Source of the DNA: Chthoniobacterales bacterium
GTDB taxonomy: Bacteria > Verrucomicrobiota > Verrucomicrobiia > Chthoniobacterales > JAFAMB01
Reading direction: 5' to 3'
DNA: 40,176 nt
Assembly: GCA_035710445.1 (NCBI GenBank)
Contig: DASTDH010000160.1
Location: 1-40,176 of the forward strand
Part shown: positions 8,590-17,612 of the stretch, in pieces
How the letters are laid out: each line of letters starts with the position of its first letter
Position numbering within the stretch: the stretch's first letter is position 1
Notes under the pieces: model-generated
Database searches by the model: none
What the model was told of the DNA's origin: nothing
Seen by the model: the letters and a program-made list of their open reading frames with translations, nothing else
Position numbers and translations under genes: made by a program

Positions 8590-8735
8590 CTAGCACCGGC
8601 CATTGTTTTGGTGGTCATTCATCAACGATTCAAAGGAAAGAACCGACACTCTGCCAAGCCTGCAGTGTCCCGCAAGCAAAAGAGACAGTGTCCTGACGTG
8701 CGGCGAAGGGACGCTTTAATTTTGGTTTTCCTCCC

Positions 8736-10682
8736 CTACCCTACCCTGGCTTTCGCATCGGCTTGCAACCAATCCCATAAGCGATTCAGCGATCCGCGCA
8801 GTTCGCTCTTTGCTTCGGCAAGCGTTGGTCGAGTTAACCTTTCCCTTTTGCCGAACAAATAGAACTTGATCTTTGGCTCGGTACCGGAAGGACGAACCGC
8901 GATCCTGCGACCGTCCGCTAACGTGAAGATCGTCATCTTCTCGCTCGGAAGCAAATCGCCTTCGCTATCACGGATCGTGCCGGAGGTGAAGTCCTGGATC
9001 TGTGAAACTCCTACTTCGTCGATTTGTTCGGGAGGCGTTCGGTTGTACGAATCGGCTAGCCGCCGGATTTTATCCGCGCCTTCCGCCCCTTCGAACACCA
9101 ATGAGCCGCTCTGTTCAAAATAGTAGCCGTACTCCAAGTAAATCTCGTCTAACAATTCATCCAAAGTGAGACCTTGCGACTTCGCGTACGCCGCGACCTC
9201 AGCGAACATGAGAGCGGCGCCATTGGCGTCTTTGTCTCGAACAAAATCGGCACCGCTGTAGCCGTAGCTCTCTTCTCCGCCGAACACGAAGAAATAGGAA
9301 TGTTCCAACCGAGCTTTGCGCGATTCATCCTCGCTCAACATGCGATACGAATTGCGAATCGATGCCGGCAACGCTTTCTCATATTTCAAAAGTTTGGCGC
9401 CAATATATTTGAACCCAGTGAGCGTTTCTACACAATGGAGTCCGTGGCTTTGCGCGATCGCTTTTTGCAGGTCAGTGGTTACCAGCGTCTTGATGACGAC
9501 AACGTGGTGTTGGTTTTGATCGTTTAGAATTCCAAGCTGCCTTAACGTTCGAGAACGGTAGTAGGTCAACAAAGAGCCAATTTGGTTTCCGGTCAGCAAA
9601 ACTAACTTTCCGGCACGGTTGCGCACTGCTACACCCATTCGGTCACAGTCCGGATCGGTGCCGATAACCAGGTCGGCGGTTTCTTTGCGGGCGAGGTCCA
9701 TCGCCATTAAAAGCGCTTCGGGGTTCTCCGGATTCGGTGACTTGACCGTGGGAAACAAACCATCCTGACGATCCTGTTCCGGTACCGTCAACACGTTAAC
9801 CCCGATGTCGCGCAACAGCGGCACCGAGATTACACCGCCGGTCCCGTGGATGGGCGAAAAAACCACCTTGAGATCTCTCTGCTGCGCCACTACCGCCGGT
9901 TGCAAGATCAGCGAACGTAATCTCGCTTTGTAGATCTCATCGAAGTCCGAGCCAAGGACCACGAGCTTGCCTCTCTGCTCGGTGGCAGTCGGCTTATAGT
10001 CTTCGCTCGTGATCGCATTCACCTGCTCGATAATGGCGCCAGCATGGGGTTCAACCACCTGAGCGCCATCCTCAAAATAAACCTTGTAGCCGTTGTCGTG
10101 CGGAGGATTGTGGCTCGCCGTTATGACGATTCCGGCAGTCGCATTGTTATAACGAACCGCAAAAGAAAGCTCCGGTGTCGATCGCGCCGACTCAAAGAGG
10201 AAAACGTCACAGCCCAACTCGATTGCGACCGTGGCAGCGAGCTCGGCAAATTGGCGGGAAAAAAGCCGGGTATCGTGAGCGATCGCCAGGCTCGGCCTCC
10301 GATCTGAGTGAATAGAAGCCAGGTAGTCTTTCAGGTAATTAACCAGCCCTTGCGTCGCTCGACTCACACTATAAAAGTTCATCGCGTTAGTCCCGACACA
10401 GGGATGCTCAGGCGGCTCAGACTCCAGGTGCGATCCCCGTTCGGCCTGGGTGACTCGATTGCCGATCGACCGGCCACGCAGCCCACCAGTGCCGAACGCA
10501 AGCGCCTTGAAGAAGCGATCGTTCAACTCGGACCAGGCTTTTGCTTCCACCAGCTGGGAAATAGCGAGCGGATAGAGCGGATTGTTCCCGCCAGCTAGCA
10601 ACAGTGCGATGTTGCCAGCGCTGGTTGCTAACAAATGTCCGTCCTCGGCAGCTTGCTCCAAAGTTTCTCGCAAGGCGCTCAT
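8736..10682 (-). CDS. Phosphoglucomutase/phosphomannomutase family phospho-sugar mutase
   Basis: Phosphoserine loop ITASHNPPHDNGYKVY. Metal loop VIGTDPDCDRMGVAV. Sugar-binding FGGEESYGYS. Phosphate-binding RPSGTEPKIKFY. Start set at ATG 10682 (MSALRETLEQ...); an upstream in-frame ATG at 10757 adds 25 odd hydrophobic residues. Confidence 0.85.
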   Translation of the reverse strand: MSALRETLEQAAEDGHLLATSAGNIALLLAGGNNPLYPLAISQLVEAKAWSELNDRFFKALAFGTGGLRGRSIGNRVTQAERGSHLESEPPEHPCVGTNAMNFYSVSRATQGLVNYLKDYLASIHSDRRPSLAIAHDTRLFSRQFAELAATVAIELGCDVFLFESARSTPELSFAVRYNNATAGIVITASHNPPHDNGYKVYFEDGAQVVEPHAGAIIEQVNAITSEDYKPTATEQRGKLVVLGSDFDEIYKARLRSLILQPAVVAQQRDLKVVFSPIHGTGGVISVPLLRDIGVNVLTVPEQDRQDGLFPTVKSPNPENPEALLMAMDLARKETADLVIGTDPDCDRMGVAVRNRAGKLVLLTGNQIGSLLTYYRSRTLRQLGILNDQNQHHVVVIKTLVTTDLQKAIAQSHGLHCVETLTGFKYIGAKLLKYEKALPASIRNSYRMLSEDESRKARLEHSYFFVFGGEESYGYSGADFVRDKDANGAALMFAEVAAYAKSQGLTLDELLDEIYLEYGYYFEQSGSLVFEGAEGADKIRRLADSYNRTPPEQIDEVGVSQIQDFTSGTIRDSEGDLLPSEKMTIFTLADGRRIAVRPSGTEPKIKFYLFGKRERLTRPTLAEAKSELRGSLNRLWDWLQADAKARVG

Positions 10683-10725
10683 ATTCTTTGCATTTATCCT
10701 CGGCTGCGAGGATACGCAAATCAGG

Positions 10726-11622
10726 ATGTACCCCACTGAACAGATCATGAGCGCCATCGCCCAAAGGTCGGGTCTCCGCCAGAGCGGAACGACCGCTTAT
10801 CGCATTGTTGATGGCATCGGTGACGGTCTGCCGGATTGGGTGATTGACGATTTCAATGGAAACTGGCTGATCGGTCTCCAACCAGGACGTCAGGTTCCGA
10901 ACCTGGGCGCCACCCTCGGCTACCATTCTCTCTATGCAAAAGTACTGACTAACGAAAAAAGGAAACCTCCATTCTTTCTCGCCGGTGATCCGGTCATCAT
11001 GAAATTCCTGGTTCAAGAGCGCAGCTTGAATTTTTGGATCGATTTCCAAGCTGGGTACTCGCAAGGGATCTTTCTCGACCAACGCCTTAACCGACAGCGC
11101 GTCAGAGAGATCAGTTACGGGAAGAGCGTACTTAATACATTTGCCTACACCTGCGCTTTCGGTGTTGCTGCAGCAGTGGGCGGCGGTTCTACCGTCAATG
11201 TCGACCTTTCACGAGCATACCTGAATTGGGGTCGCGAAAATTATTCAGCCAACGGTATCGACGATCAAAAGCACGAGTTTATCTATGGAGATGTATTCGA
11301 CTGGCTCAAGCGGTTCGCAAAAAAGGGACAACATTTCGATCTGATCATTTTAGATCCGCCCACATTTTCACGGGATCGGAATGGACGGGTTTTTCGAGCC
11401 GAAACTGACTATGGCGAGCTGCTCCAATTGACACTCTCTGTTAGCTCGAAAGACAGCCAACTGCTTTGCTGCACGAATTCTCACCGCCTTCCCCGCGCCG
11501 GCTTCGAAAAGATTCTGCGAGCCTGCCTGCCTAAGTCTGCCGCGATGGTTGACCTGGGGATGCCGGAAGATTTTCCCGGCAGCGATCATTTGAAGTCCTT
11601 CTGGATACAACGAAGTGGCTGA
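10726..11622 (+). CDS. Class I SAM-dependent methyltransferase, RlmI/RlmK-like (no PUA domain)
   Basis: VLNTFAYTCAFGVAAAVGGGSTVNVDLSRAYLNWGRENY...FDLIILDPPTFSR is the Methyltrans_SAM/RlmI-type core, including the DPPxF motif. Start is ATG 10726 or 10747. The TTG at 10582 in the ORF track would overlap the divergent mutase gene. Confidence 0.7.
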   Translation: MYPTEQIMSAIAQRSGLRQSGTTAYRIVDGIGDGLPDWVIDDFNGNWLIGLQPGRQVPNLGATLGYHSLYAKVLTNEKRKPPFFLAGDPVIMKFLVQERSLNFWIDFQAGYSQGIFLDQRLNRQRVREISYGKSVLNTFAYTCAFGVAAAVGGGSTVNVDLSRAYLNWGRENYSANGIDDQKHEFIYGDVFDWLKRFAKKGQHFDLIILDPPTFSRDRNGRVFRAETDYGELLQLTLSVSSKDSQLLCCTNSHRLPRAGFEKILRACLPKSAAMVDLGMPEDFPGSDHLKSFWIQRSG

Positions 11623-11683
11623 AGTTTCGGTTGAACTCCGCCACCGGACTGCGTTAGATCTAACGCGGTTTAAGACCCCACTC

Positions 11684-11875
11684 ATGATCCGCTTCGTTTG
11701 CTCTTGCCTCGCTCTTACCATCTTAGGCCTCACCGGTTGCGATAATCGTACCCAAGAAAACCGGCGCTGGGAAACGATCGCCAAGAATCAGCAGTCAGGG
11801 CGGGCAACCCAACGTTGGCAAGAGGCGGCGGATCCCTGGAGCAACGACGAGCACCACAGCGGCGTCGCCTGGTGA
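11684..11875 (+). CDS. Small putative lipoprotein, 63 aa
   Basis: MIRFVCSCLALTILGLTGC: signal peptide with lipobox L-T-G-C. A hairpin + T-run terminator follows 15 nt after the stop. No homology recognised. Confidence 0.4.
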   Translation: MIRFVCSCLALTILGLTGCDNRTQENRRWETIAKNQQSGRATQRWQEAADPWSNDEHHSGVAW

Positions 11876-11889
11876 TGAGAGGGGTTACA

Positions 11890-11937
11890 GGTTGCGTGTC
11901 GGGGCGTGATCGGTGATGCCCGTCGCAACCGTTTTTC
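11890..11937 (+). terminator. Rho-independent terminator candidate
   Basis: GGTTGCG (11890-11896) pairs perfectly with CGCAACC (11924-11930). An inner CGGG/CCCG extension adds to the stem. GTTTTTC follows at 11931-11937. Confidence 0.5.
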
Positions 11938-11970
11938 TAGCCGCATCTACTCAGCCAAAATAGCAAGCCG

Positions 11971-12204
11971 CTAGCCATTTTGGGGCTTGGCGGTCGTTCC
12001 GCCGGCAGGCCCTCGATCGAGCCTGACTATTTCCGTTCGGGCTGGCGCCTGGCGGGGCGATTCGTTTTTGCCAAGCCTTAAGGAAAGGCAGCTACTCAAA
12101 AAGAGCGATCCAGCTAACAATAAAGCGCATCTTGCGAATCGACTTCTGATAGCAAATGTTGGAATGGCGGTCAGCGAAGGCACAAGTAGAGAGAGAGTAT
12201 TCAT
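11971..12204 (-). CDS. Small putative lipoprotein, 77 aa
   Basis: RSRFARCALLLAGSLFLSSC is a basic n-region, hydrophobic core and lipobox L-S-S-C. The mature part is short and Pro/Gly/Arg-rich. No homology recognised and the start is uncertain. Confidence 0.3.
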   Translation of the reverse strand: MNTLSLLVPSLTAIPTFAIRSRFARCALLLAGSLFLSSCLSLRLGKNESPRQAPARTEIVRLDRGPAGGTTAKPQNG

Positions 12205-12339
12205 AATACTTAAGCCAGAATGTCTATTGGACTGTAAATCCTTCGATCGTATTCGGATATAACGGTCCAGAAGGATGTAAAGCAGACGAATGGCAGGCGA
12301 AAAAGTTCGGCACCGCCCGGGTGGTTGCTTCTCTTCACG

Positions 12340-12795
12340 CTACTGAACCCGCCGAGCATACCGAAAAATCCGGTAGTCGGATGTCTCCCGGATCTGTTCC
12401 ACAGCCACGAACTTTGATTGGTATTCCGGAAAATAGATGTCGCCTGGATACTCCACCTTCAGCTCCGTAATCAACAGCTCGTCGCATCGGTCGAGTAGTT
12501 GTCGATAGATTTCGGCACCACCGATCACATAGACCTCTTCCCGATAGTCGGTGGGATCAAACTGGGAGAGATCGCGAATCATTTCTGCTCCCTCCCAGGT
12601 CTGACTTCGACTTACAATCAAATTTCGCCTACCTGGAAGCAGTCTTCCGATCGAGAGATGGGTCTTGCTTCCCATCAAAACACAATGTCCCATCGTGACT
12701 TCTCTGAACCACTTTTGTTCTCCAGGGATCTTCCAAGGAATCGAATTTCCGCGGCCAATCACACGGCTCGGAGTCATCGCGGCGATGGCCTTCAC
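12340..12795 (-). CDS. folA: Dihydrofolate reductase
   Basis: (V->M)KAIAAMTPSRVIGRGNSIPWKIPGEQKWFREVTMGHCVLMGSKTHLSIGRLLPGRRNLIVSR...VYVIGGAEIYRQLL is a canonical DHFR. Homology begins at GTG 12795, preceded by GAGGGCGAGAACCGG. The TTG at 12954 would add about 53 non-homologous residues. Confidence 0.85.
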   Translation of the reverse strand: MKAIAAMTPSRVIGRGNSIPWKIPGEQKWFREVTMGHCVLMGSKTHLSIGRLLPGRRNLIVSRSQTWEGAEMIRDLSQFDPTDYREEVYVIGGAEIYRQLLDRCDELLITELKVEYPGDIYFPEYQSKFVAVEQIRETSDYRIFRYARRVQ

Positions 12796-12823
12796 CCGGT
12801 TCTCGCCCTCCGGCTCAAACGGA

Positions 12824-12851
12824 ATAGCCAATAGCCGATACTCGATAGCCA
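12824..12851 (-). repeat. Four tandem heptamers (plus strand ATAGCCA ATAGCCG ATACTCG ATAGCCA) in the thyA-folA spacer
   Basis: Read directly. The array ends 29 nt upstream of the proposed folA GTG start. On the coding strand it reads TGGCTAT CGAGTAT CGGCTAT TGGCTAT. Confidence 0.5.
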
Positions 12852-12943
12852 ACTGTTTCGCCGGATCACCGCCATAACAACGACCGCGTTGAGCCCTCTC
12901 GACCTCTTGGCTCCTAAATTCTAGATTCGGGTTTCTGATCCAC

Positions 12944-13738
12944 TCACACCGCAATCGGCGCCTTGATCGCTGGATAAGGATCGTATTTCAGCAATTCAAT
13001 ATCCTCGTATCGAAAGTCTTCAAGGCGCTCGGGAATCCGTTGAAACAGCACCCGGGGAAGCGGTCTCGGTGACCGGCTGAGTTGCTCCCGGACCTGGTCG
13101 AGGTGGTTCTTATAGATGTGCAGGTCGCCAAAGGTGTGGACAAAATCGCCCGGTTCTAGACCGCACACTGCTGCCACCATGTGTGTCAGCAGCGCGTAAG
13201 ATGCGATATTGAAAGGCACCCCAAGAAAAAGATCGGCGCTGCGCTGATAGAGCTGACAGCTCAATTGGCCCTCCAGCACGTAGAACTGAAAGAGGGCATG
13301 GCATGGCGGTAATGCCATCTCGCTTAGCTCACCCGGATTCCAGGCCGAAACGATCAAGCGACGACTCGCCGGATTAGTTCGAATCATTTCGACGACCTGA
13401 GCGATTTGGTCGACTGATTTCCCGCCGGCGATCCGCCAATCTCGCCATTGCGCGCCGTAAACCCGACCGAGATCTCCTTTTTCGTCCGCCCACTCGTTCC
13501 AAATTGTTACGTCGTTATCGGTAAGGAATCGAATATTCGTCTCTCCTCGCAAGAACCAAAGGAGTTCGTAAACGATCGATTTAAAATGGACTTTTTTGGT
13601 CGTGATCAGGGGAAATCCCCGACGCAAATCGAGCCGCACTTGCGCGCCAAAGTATGATATAGTCCCAGTTCCAGTACGGTCATCCTTGGAGCGCCCTTTT
13701 TCTAAGACAAGACGGAGCAACTGATGATATTCCTGCAC
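12944..13738 (-). CDS. thyA: Thymidylate synthase (ThyA type), 264 aa
   Basis: (V->M)[30 protein letters not shown] aligns residue-for-residue with the E. coli ThyA N-terminus [26 protein letters not shown]. Catalytic [12 protein letters not shown] is present, followed by [18 protein letters not shown]. The GTG at 13738 gives the canonical 264 aa (alternative ATG at 13786). The ORF-track start at 14101 overlaps folE2 antisense. Confidence 0.9.
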   Translation of the reverse strand: MQEYHQLLRLVLEKGRSKDDRTGTGTISYFGAQVRLDLRRGFPLITTKKVHFKSIVYELLWFLRGETNIRFLTDNDVTIWNEWADEKGDLGRVYGAQWRDWRIAGGKSVDQIAQVVEMIRTNPASRRLIVSAWNPGELSEMALPPCHALFQFYVLEGQLSCQLYQRSADLFLGVPFNIASYALLTHMVAAVCGLEPGDFVHTFGDLHIYKNHLDQVREQLSRSPRPLPRVLFQRIPERLEDFRYEDIELLKYDPYPAIKAPIAV

Positions 13739-13801
13739 AGTCTGTAAAGTATAATGAAGGGGAAAAATTTCGTCCCGCGTCTTCATGACAACACGAAATC
13801 T

Positions 13802-14596
13802 ATGGAACAGCAAACTACTTTGATCGATACGCAGAATCTTCCTGATCACCGAGAAGTAGCCATCGACCGGGTGGGGGTAAAGAAGCTGCGTTTTCCGATC
13901 CTGGTCCGGGACAAAGCGCACACCTCTCAGCATACCGTGGCAACGGTGAGTTTGACCGTCGATCTGCCTCACCATTTCAAGGGCACTCACATGAGTCGCT
14001 TCATCGAAGTGCTCAATCATCATGGAACCGTTATTCACGTCGACAATATCAAGGTGATCCTGCGGGAACTGCAGTCGCGACTGGACGCCGAGGCGGCTCA
14101 TGTCGAATTCGAATTCCCCTACTTCATTGAGAAAAAAGCTCCAGTAACCGGCGCATCAGGATTACTGGAATATGCAGTGCGATTTAATGCCAGCGCGCAC
14201 CAGAGCGATTCCGAATTCGAAGTGACGGTCATGGTTCCAGTTACCACCCTCTGCCCGTGCTCTAAGGCGATCAGCAAGCACGGTGCACACAATCAACGGA
14301 GCCTGGTGACCTTTGCGGTGCGGTTCAGTAGCCCAATCTGGATCGAGGACCTGGTGCGCATGGTTGAGACATCGGCCAGTGCGGAACTTTTCAGCTTATT
14401 GAAGCGTCCTGACGAAAAGGCCGTCACCGAGCGCGCCTACGATCATCCGGTTTTTGTCGAGGATCTGGTTCGTAACATCGCGGTCAAAGCCAATGCTGAG
14501 CCACGGATTGTCTGGTATCGGGTCGAAGCGGAGAACTACGAGTCGATCCACAACCACAACGCCTACGCGATGATCGAGGGTCAGCCGCCGAGCTGA
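13802..14596 (+). CDS. folE2: GTP cyclohydrolase IB (FolE2/MptA family)
   Basis: [25 protein letters not shown]...[13 protein letters not shown]...[20 protein letters not shown] are the FolE2 (DUF198) signature motifs. Start set at ATG 13802 (MEQQTT...), 63 nt from the divergent thyA start. Confidence 0.85.
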   Translation: MEQQTTLIDTQNLPDHREVAIDRVGVKKLRFPILVRDKAHTSQHTVATVSLTVDLPHHFKGTHMSRFIEVLNHHGTVIHVDNIKVILRELQSRLDAEAAHVEFEFPYFIEKKAPVTGASGLLEYAVRFNASAHQSDSEFEVTVMVPVTTLCPCSKAISKHGAHNQRSLVTFAVRFSSPIWIEDLVRMVETSASAELFSLLKRPDEKAVTERAYDHPVFVEDLVRNIAVKANAEPRIVWYRVEAENYESIHNHNAYAMIEGQPPS

Positions 14597-14753
14597 TAAA
14601 CAGCGCTGTCGGGATGCTCTGAGCCGGCGAGTGGCAGAAGAAATGGTAGAGCTCTTGGGCGAACATCTCTGGCGTAAATACGACGCTATCGAGGCGAACT
14701 TCGATCGGGCATAGATCTTGTGAGGGAAGAAATAAGTCCTGAATCTCGGGAAA

Positions 14754-14848
14754 TGCATGCAAAATAGATCAGGCATATCCTTTGCGTAAGCTCTTGATTA
14801 TAAGAAACTAAGGATTCTCTAAAAATTGAGATTGCCTTTTTGCATGCA
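14754..14848. promoter_or_regulatory. Two copies of the 8-bp palindrome TGCATGCA forming an 11-bp inverted repeat (TGCATGCAAAA / TTTTGCATGCA), centres 87 bp apart
   Basis: Read directly at 14754-14764 and 14838-14848. They sit inside the AT-richer 433-bp non-coding region upstream of the 12-gene plus-strand block. Function is inferred only from position. Confidence 0.2.
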
Positions 14849-15029
14849 ATCAGTAGATACTCGCATACACGCTGTCTCCGCAAAAGGTCCTACTCCCTCA
14901 AGCAGGATATTTACGGATCTCGCCCAACCCCGATCCTTCCAAGAAATTAGCGACCTGAGGCCAGACCGATCTGACCCTTGGCCGATGTGATTGACACTAA
15001 CAAATGCATTCGTCTGACCTATTGATCAT

Positions 15030-16052
15030 ATGAATAAACGCGATTTTGGTGGATACAGTGCGGCGGCAGTCGCGCTGTCTTTACTTGCAACAATCTTCCT
15101 TACGTTGAACGCATCGGCCCAGGATAAAGCGGCCGTGCTGCTACCGGGTAGCATCAACGATCAAAGCTGGAACGCCCAGGGCTACGCCGGCGTTTTACGA
15201 CTGAAGGAAAAGGGTTGGGATGTGGCTTATTCCGAAAATGTTCAACCAGCGGACATGGCGCAAGCGCTGCAAGACTATGCCCGAAAAAATTATACTCTCA
15301 TTATCGGCCATACCGGCCGGTTTCTGTCCCCGATGCAGCTGGTAGGCCCTAAATTTCCAAAAGCGACTTTCATCGTGGGATCCGGCAATGCCGGCTCTGG
15401 AAAGAATGTTGCCTCGATTGATTTTGATAACACACAATTTGGCTATCTGATCGGCGTGTTAGCGGCTCGCATGAACAAGACCGGCAAGATCGGTTCAGTC
15501 AATGGCTTGGAAGGGTTACCCAACGTGGTCGCGCAAGTGGGCGCCTACCGAAAGGGAGCAAAAAGCGTCAATCCCAACATTGAAGTGAAGGTCATTTACG
15601 TCCAGGACATGGAAGACGCAGCTGGGGCGAAAGAAGCGGCGCTTTCCCTGAGTGCCTGGGGAGCGGACTATCTCAGTGGGAAGCTCAATGCGGGCCAACT
15701 TGGCATCATTCAAGCCGCCAAAGAAAAAGGGATTCACGCCAATGGTCGTTCAATTGAGGACACAGCAATTGCTCCCGACACTGTGCTGACAAATATCGTC
15801 GAGAAGTGGGGAGATATGTACGCAACGGCGGCCGACGAAGCCAAGGCGGGAACTTTAGGCGGGAAATTTGAACTGTATGGCTTGAACTCCAAAGGTTGCA
15901 CCGGCGCAGAGTTACTTTATACGAAAGACAAGGAGCTGAATCCGAACGTTCCTCAGGATATCGTGGATGAAATCCAGGCCGTTAAGAAAAAATTCGCCTC
16001 CGGTGAATTGAAAATCAGTGTCACGAAAGAAGATGCGCGCGGCGGCTTATGA
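15030..16052 (+). CDS. BMP-family (PnrA/Med-like) ABC transporter substrate-binding protein
   Basis: Signal peptide ending LNASAQD. The BMP-type body follows (AVLLPGSINDQSWN...LIIGHTG...GKIGSVNGLEGLPNVV...). A matching ATPase and two permeases come next. Confidence 0.8.
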   Translation: MNKRDFGGYSAAAVALSLLATIFLTLNASAQDKAAVLLPGSINDQSWNAQGYAGVLRLKEKGWDVAYSENVQPADMAQALQDYARKNYTLIIGHTGRFLSPMQLVGPKFPKATFIVGSGNAGSGKNVASIDFDNTQFGYLIGVLAARMNKTGKIGSVNGLEGLPNVVAQVGAYRKGAKSVNPNIEVKVIYVQDMEDAAGAKEAALSLSAWGADYLSGKLNAGQLGIIQAAKEKGIHANGRSIEDTAIAPDTVLTNIVEKWGDMYATAADEAKAGTLGGKFELYGLNSKGCTGAELLYTKDKELNPNVPQDIVDEIQAVKKKFASGELKISVTKEDARGGL

Positions 16053-17605
16053 GCCATGACGCGGCTCGACCTGAGAGTGTATCGTTGCCGATGCTCGAGA
16101 TGCGCGGCATCAATAAGCGATACGGCGCAATTCGAGCCAATGAGGGCATTGATCTGAGCGTCGCGGCAGGCCGGATCGTCGGCCTGCTTGGAGAGAATGG
16201 TTCAGGCAAAAGCACCTTGATGAAGGTGCTTTTCGGCATGGTCAAGCCGGATGCGGGGACTATCAGGTTCAAAGGTGAGATTCTTTCGGTTCACACGCCG
16301 CGCGAAGCTATCCGTGCAGGAATTGGCATGATCCATCAGCATTTCATGCTGGTGAACGCTATGACCGTAGTGGAGAACGTTATGCTCGGATGGTCGCGGG
16401 CTGGCACCTGGCTGCGAACGGAGCAAGTAGCCGAGCAGATCCGTCAAACGAGCAAGACTTATGGGCTCGAGCTTGATCCTGGTGCACTGGTTAGCGACCT
16501 ACCGTTTGGTCACCGGCAACGAGTTGAAATAGTGAAAGCTCTTCTCCGGGGCGCGGAGCTTCTGATCCTGGATGAACCGACTTCCAATCTCAGCCCTCCT
16601 GAGATCAGTGGTCTGCTAGCGGTCATGCGACGGATCGCGAAGCAAGGTCGCGCTATCATTTTCATTACGCATAAGCTGGGCGAAGTCTTTGACATCTGTG
16701 ACGAAGTGGTGGTCCTGCGCGATGGGAGAGTGGTGGGAAGATCGCCGATCGCAAACGCAACCCGGTCGGGCCTCGCCCACATGATGGTAGGACGGGAAGT
16801 GAGTTCTGGCCTGATTCGAATCGACCTCCCCGCCGGACCGGAGGTCCTGGTCGTGCGAGGCTTGGGGTTACGAGATTCCTCGGGCTTCCAACGGTTGCAC
16901 GACATCAATCTTACCCTGCGGGAAGGCGAAATCCTGGCGATCGCCGGCGTGGACGGCAATGGGCAAACCGATCTTGTCGATGTGCTCGCTGGTTTGAAGT
17001 TCCCGACGACTGGAACTATCACGCTGAACGGAAGAAACCTGACCCGGTCAACGGTTTCCGATCGGCTCACGGCGGGTCTCGCCTGTATACCGGTGGATCG
17101 CGGGACCACGGGTCTGGTCCCTGGAATGACGATCGAAGAAAACCTCGGTTTGCGTGATTTTACTCGTCCACCATTGAGGCACGGAGTTTGGTTAGATCAC
17201 GGATCGTTCCGGAAAGAAGCGAAAGCAAAAATGGCAGAGTTCGGTATCTTGGCGTCGAGCCCAGATACGCCTGTGCAAACACTTTCGGGCGGTAACCAAC
17301 AAAAAGTGGTGGTTGCGCGCGAGATTGGTCGCAAACCGAGGGTACTGATCGCGTGTCAAGCGACTTGGGGACTTGATCCCGGAGCGACGCGCTTCGTTAT
17401 CGATCAAGTTATAGCCTTGCGCAATCGGGGCGGAGCCGTGCTCTACATCTCATCTGAATTGGATGAAGTGCTGATGCTCGGCGATCGCATTGGAGTAATG
17501 TCTAATGGCCGGTTGCTCGGCGTTGTAGCGCGAACCGAGGTGGACATTACCCAAATCGGTCTAATCATGGCTGGCAGTAGCAGCGAAGTTTCGACGTTGT
17601 CATGA
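16049..17605 (+). CDS. ABC transporter ATP-binding protein, duplicated ATPase (sugar/nucleoside CUT2 type)
   Basis: Walker A GENGSGKST. Signature and Walker B region LILDEPTSNLS. Second-half signature LSGGNQQKVVVAREI. A 4-nt overlap with the SBP gene stop. Confidence 0.9.
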   Translation: MSHDAARPESVSLPMLEMRGINKRYGAIRANEGIDLSVAAGRIVGLLGENGSGKSTLMKVLFGMVKPDAGTIRFKGEILSVHTPREAIRAGIGMIHQHFMLVNAMTVVENVMLGWSRAGTWLRTEQVAEQIRQTSKTYGLELDPGALVSDLPFGHRQRVEIVKALLRGAELLILDEPTSNLSPPEISGLLAVMRRIAKQGRAIIFITHKLGEVFDICDEVVVLRDGRVVGRSPIANATRSGLAHMMVGREVSSGLIRIDLPAGPEVLVVRGLGLRDSSGFQRLHDINLTLREGEILAIAGVDGNGQTDLVDVLAGLKFPTTGTITLNGRNLTRSTVSDRLTAGLACIPVDRGTTGLVPGMTIEENLGLRDFTRPPLRHGVWLDHGSFRKEAKAKMAEFGILASSPDTPVQTLSGGNQQKVVVAREIGRKPRVLIACQATWGLDPGATRFVIDQVIALRNRGGAVLYISSELDEVLMLGDRIGVMSNGRLLGVVARTEVDITQIGLIMAGSSSEVSTLS

Positions 17606-17612
17606 GTAGGTT

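Noticed and set aside
8719-8730. 11-mer attttggtttt shared between the pgm 3' flank and the hybrid kinase 3' end (about 29713-29723)
   Set aside because: Matches of 11 nt are expected many times by chance in 40 kb. One copy is coding and the other is not.
12796-12954. TTG-initiated 53-aa extension of folA overlapping the thyA stop
   Set aside because: DHFR homology begins at V54 (GTG 12795, giving MKAIAAM...). The extension is unlike any DHFR N-terminus. It is kept only as an alternative in the heptamer-repeat finding.
13739-14101. N-terminal extension of about 121 aa on the thyA ORF (track start 14101), running antisense through folE2
   Set aside because: ThyA homology starts exactly at GTG 13738, which gives the canonical 264-aa length. 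The extension has no thymidylate synthase similarity and would overlap 300 nt of a well-supported gene on the other strand.
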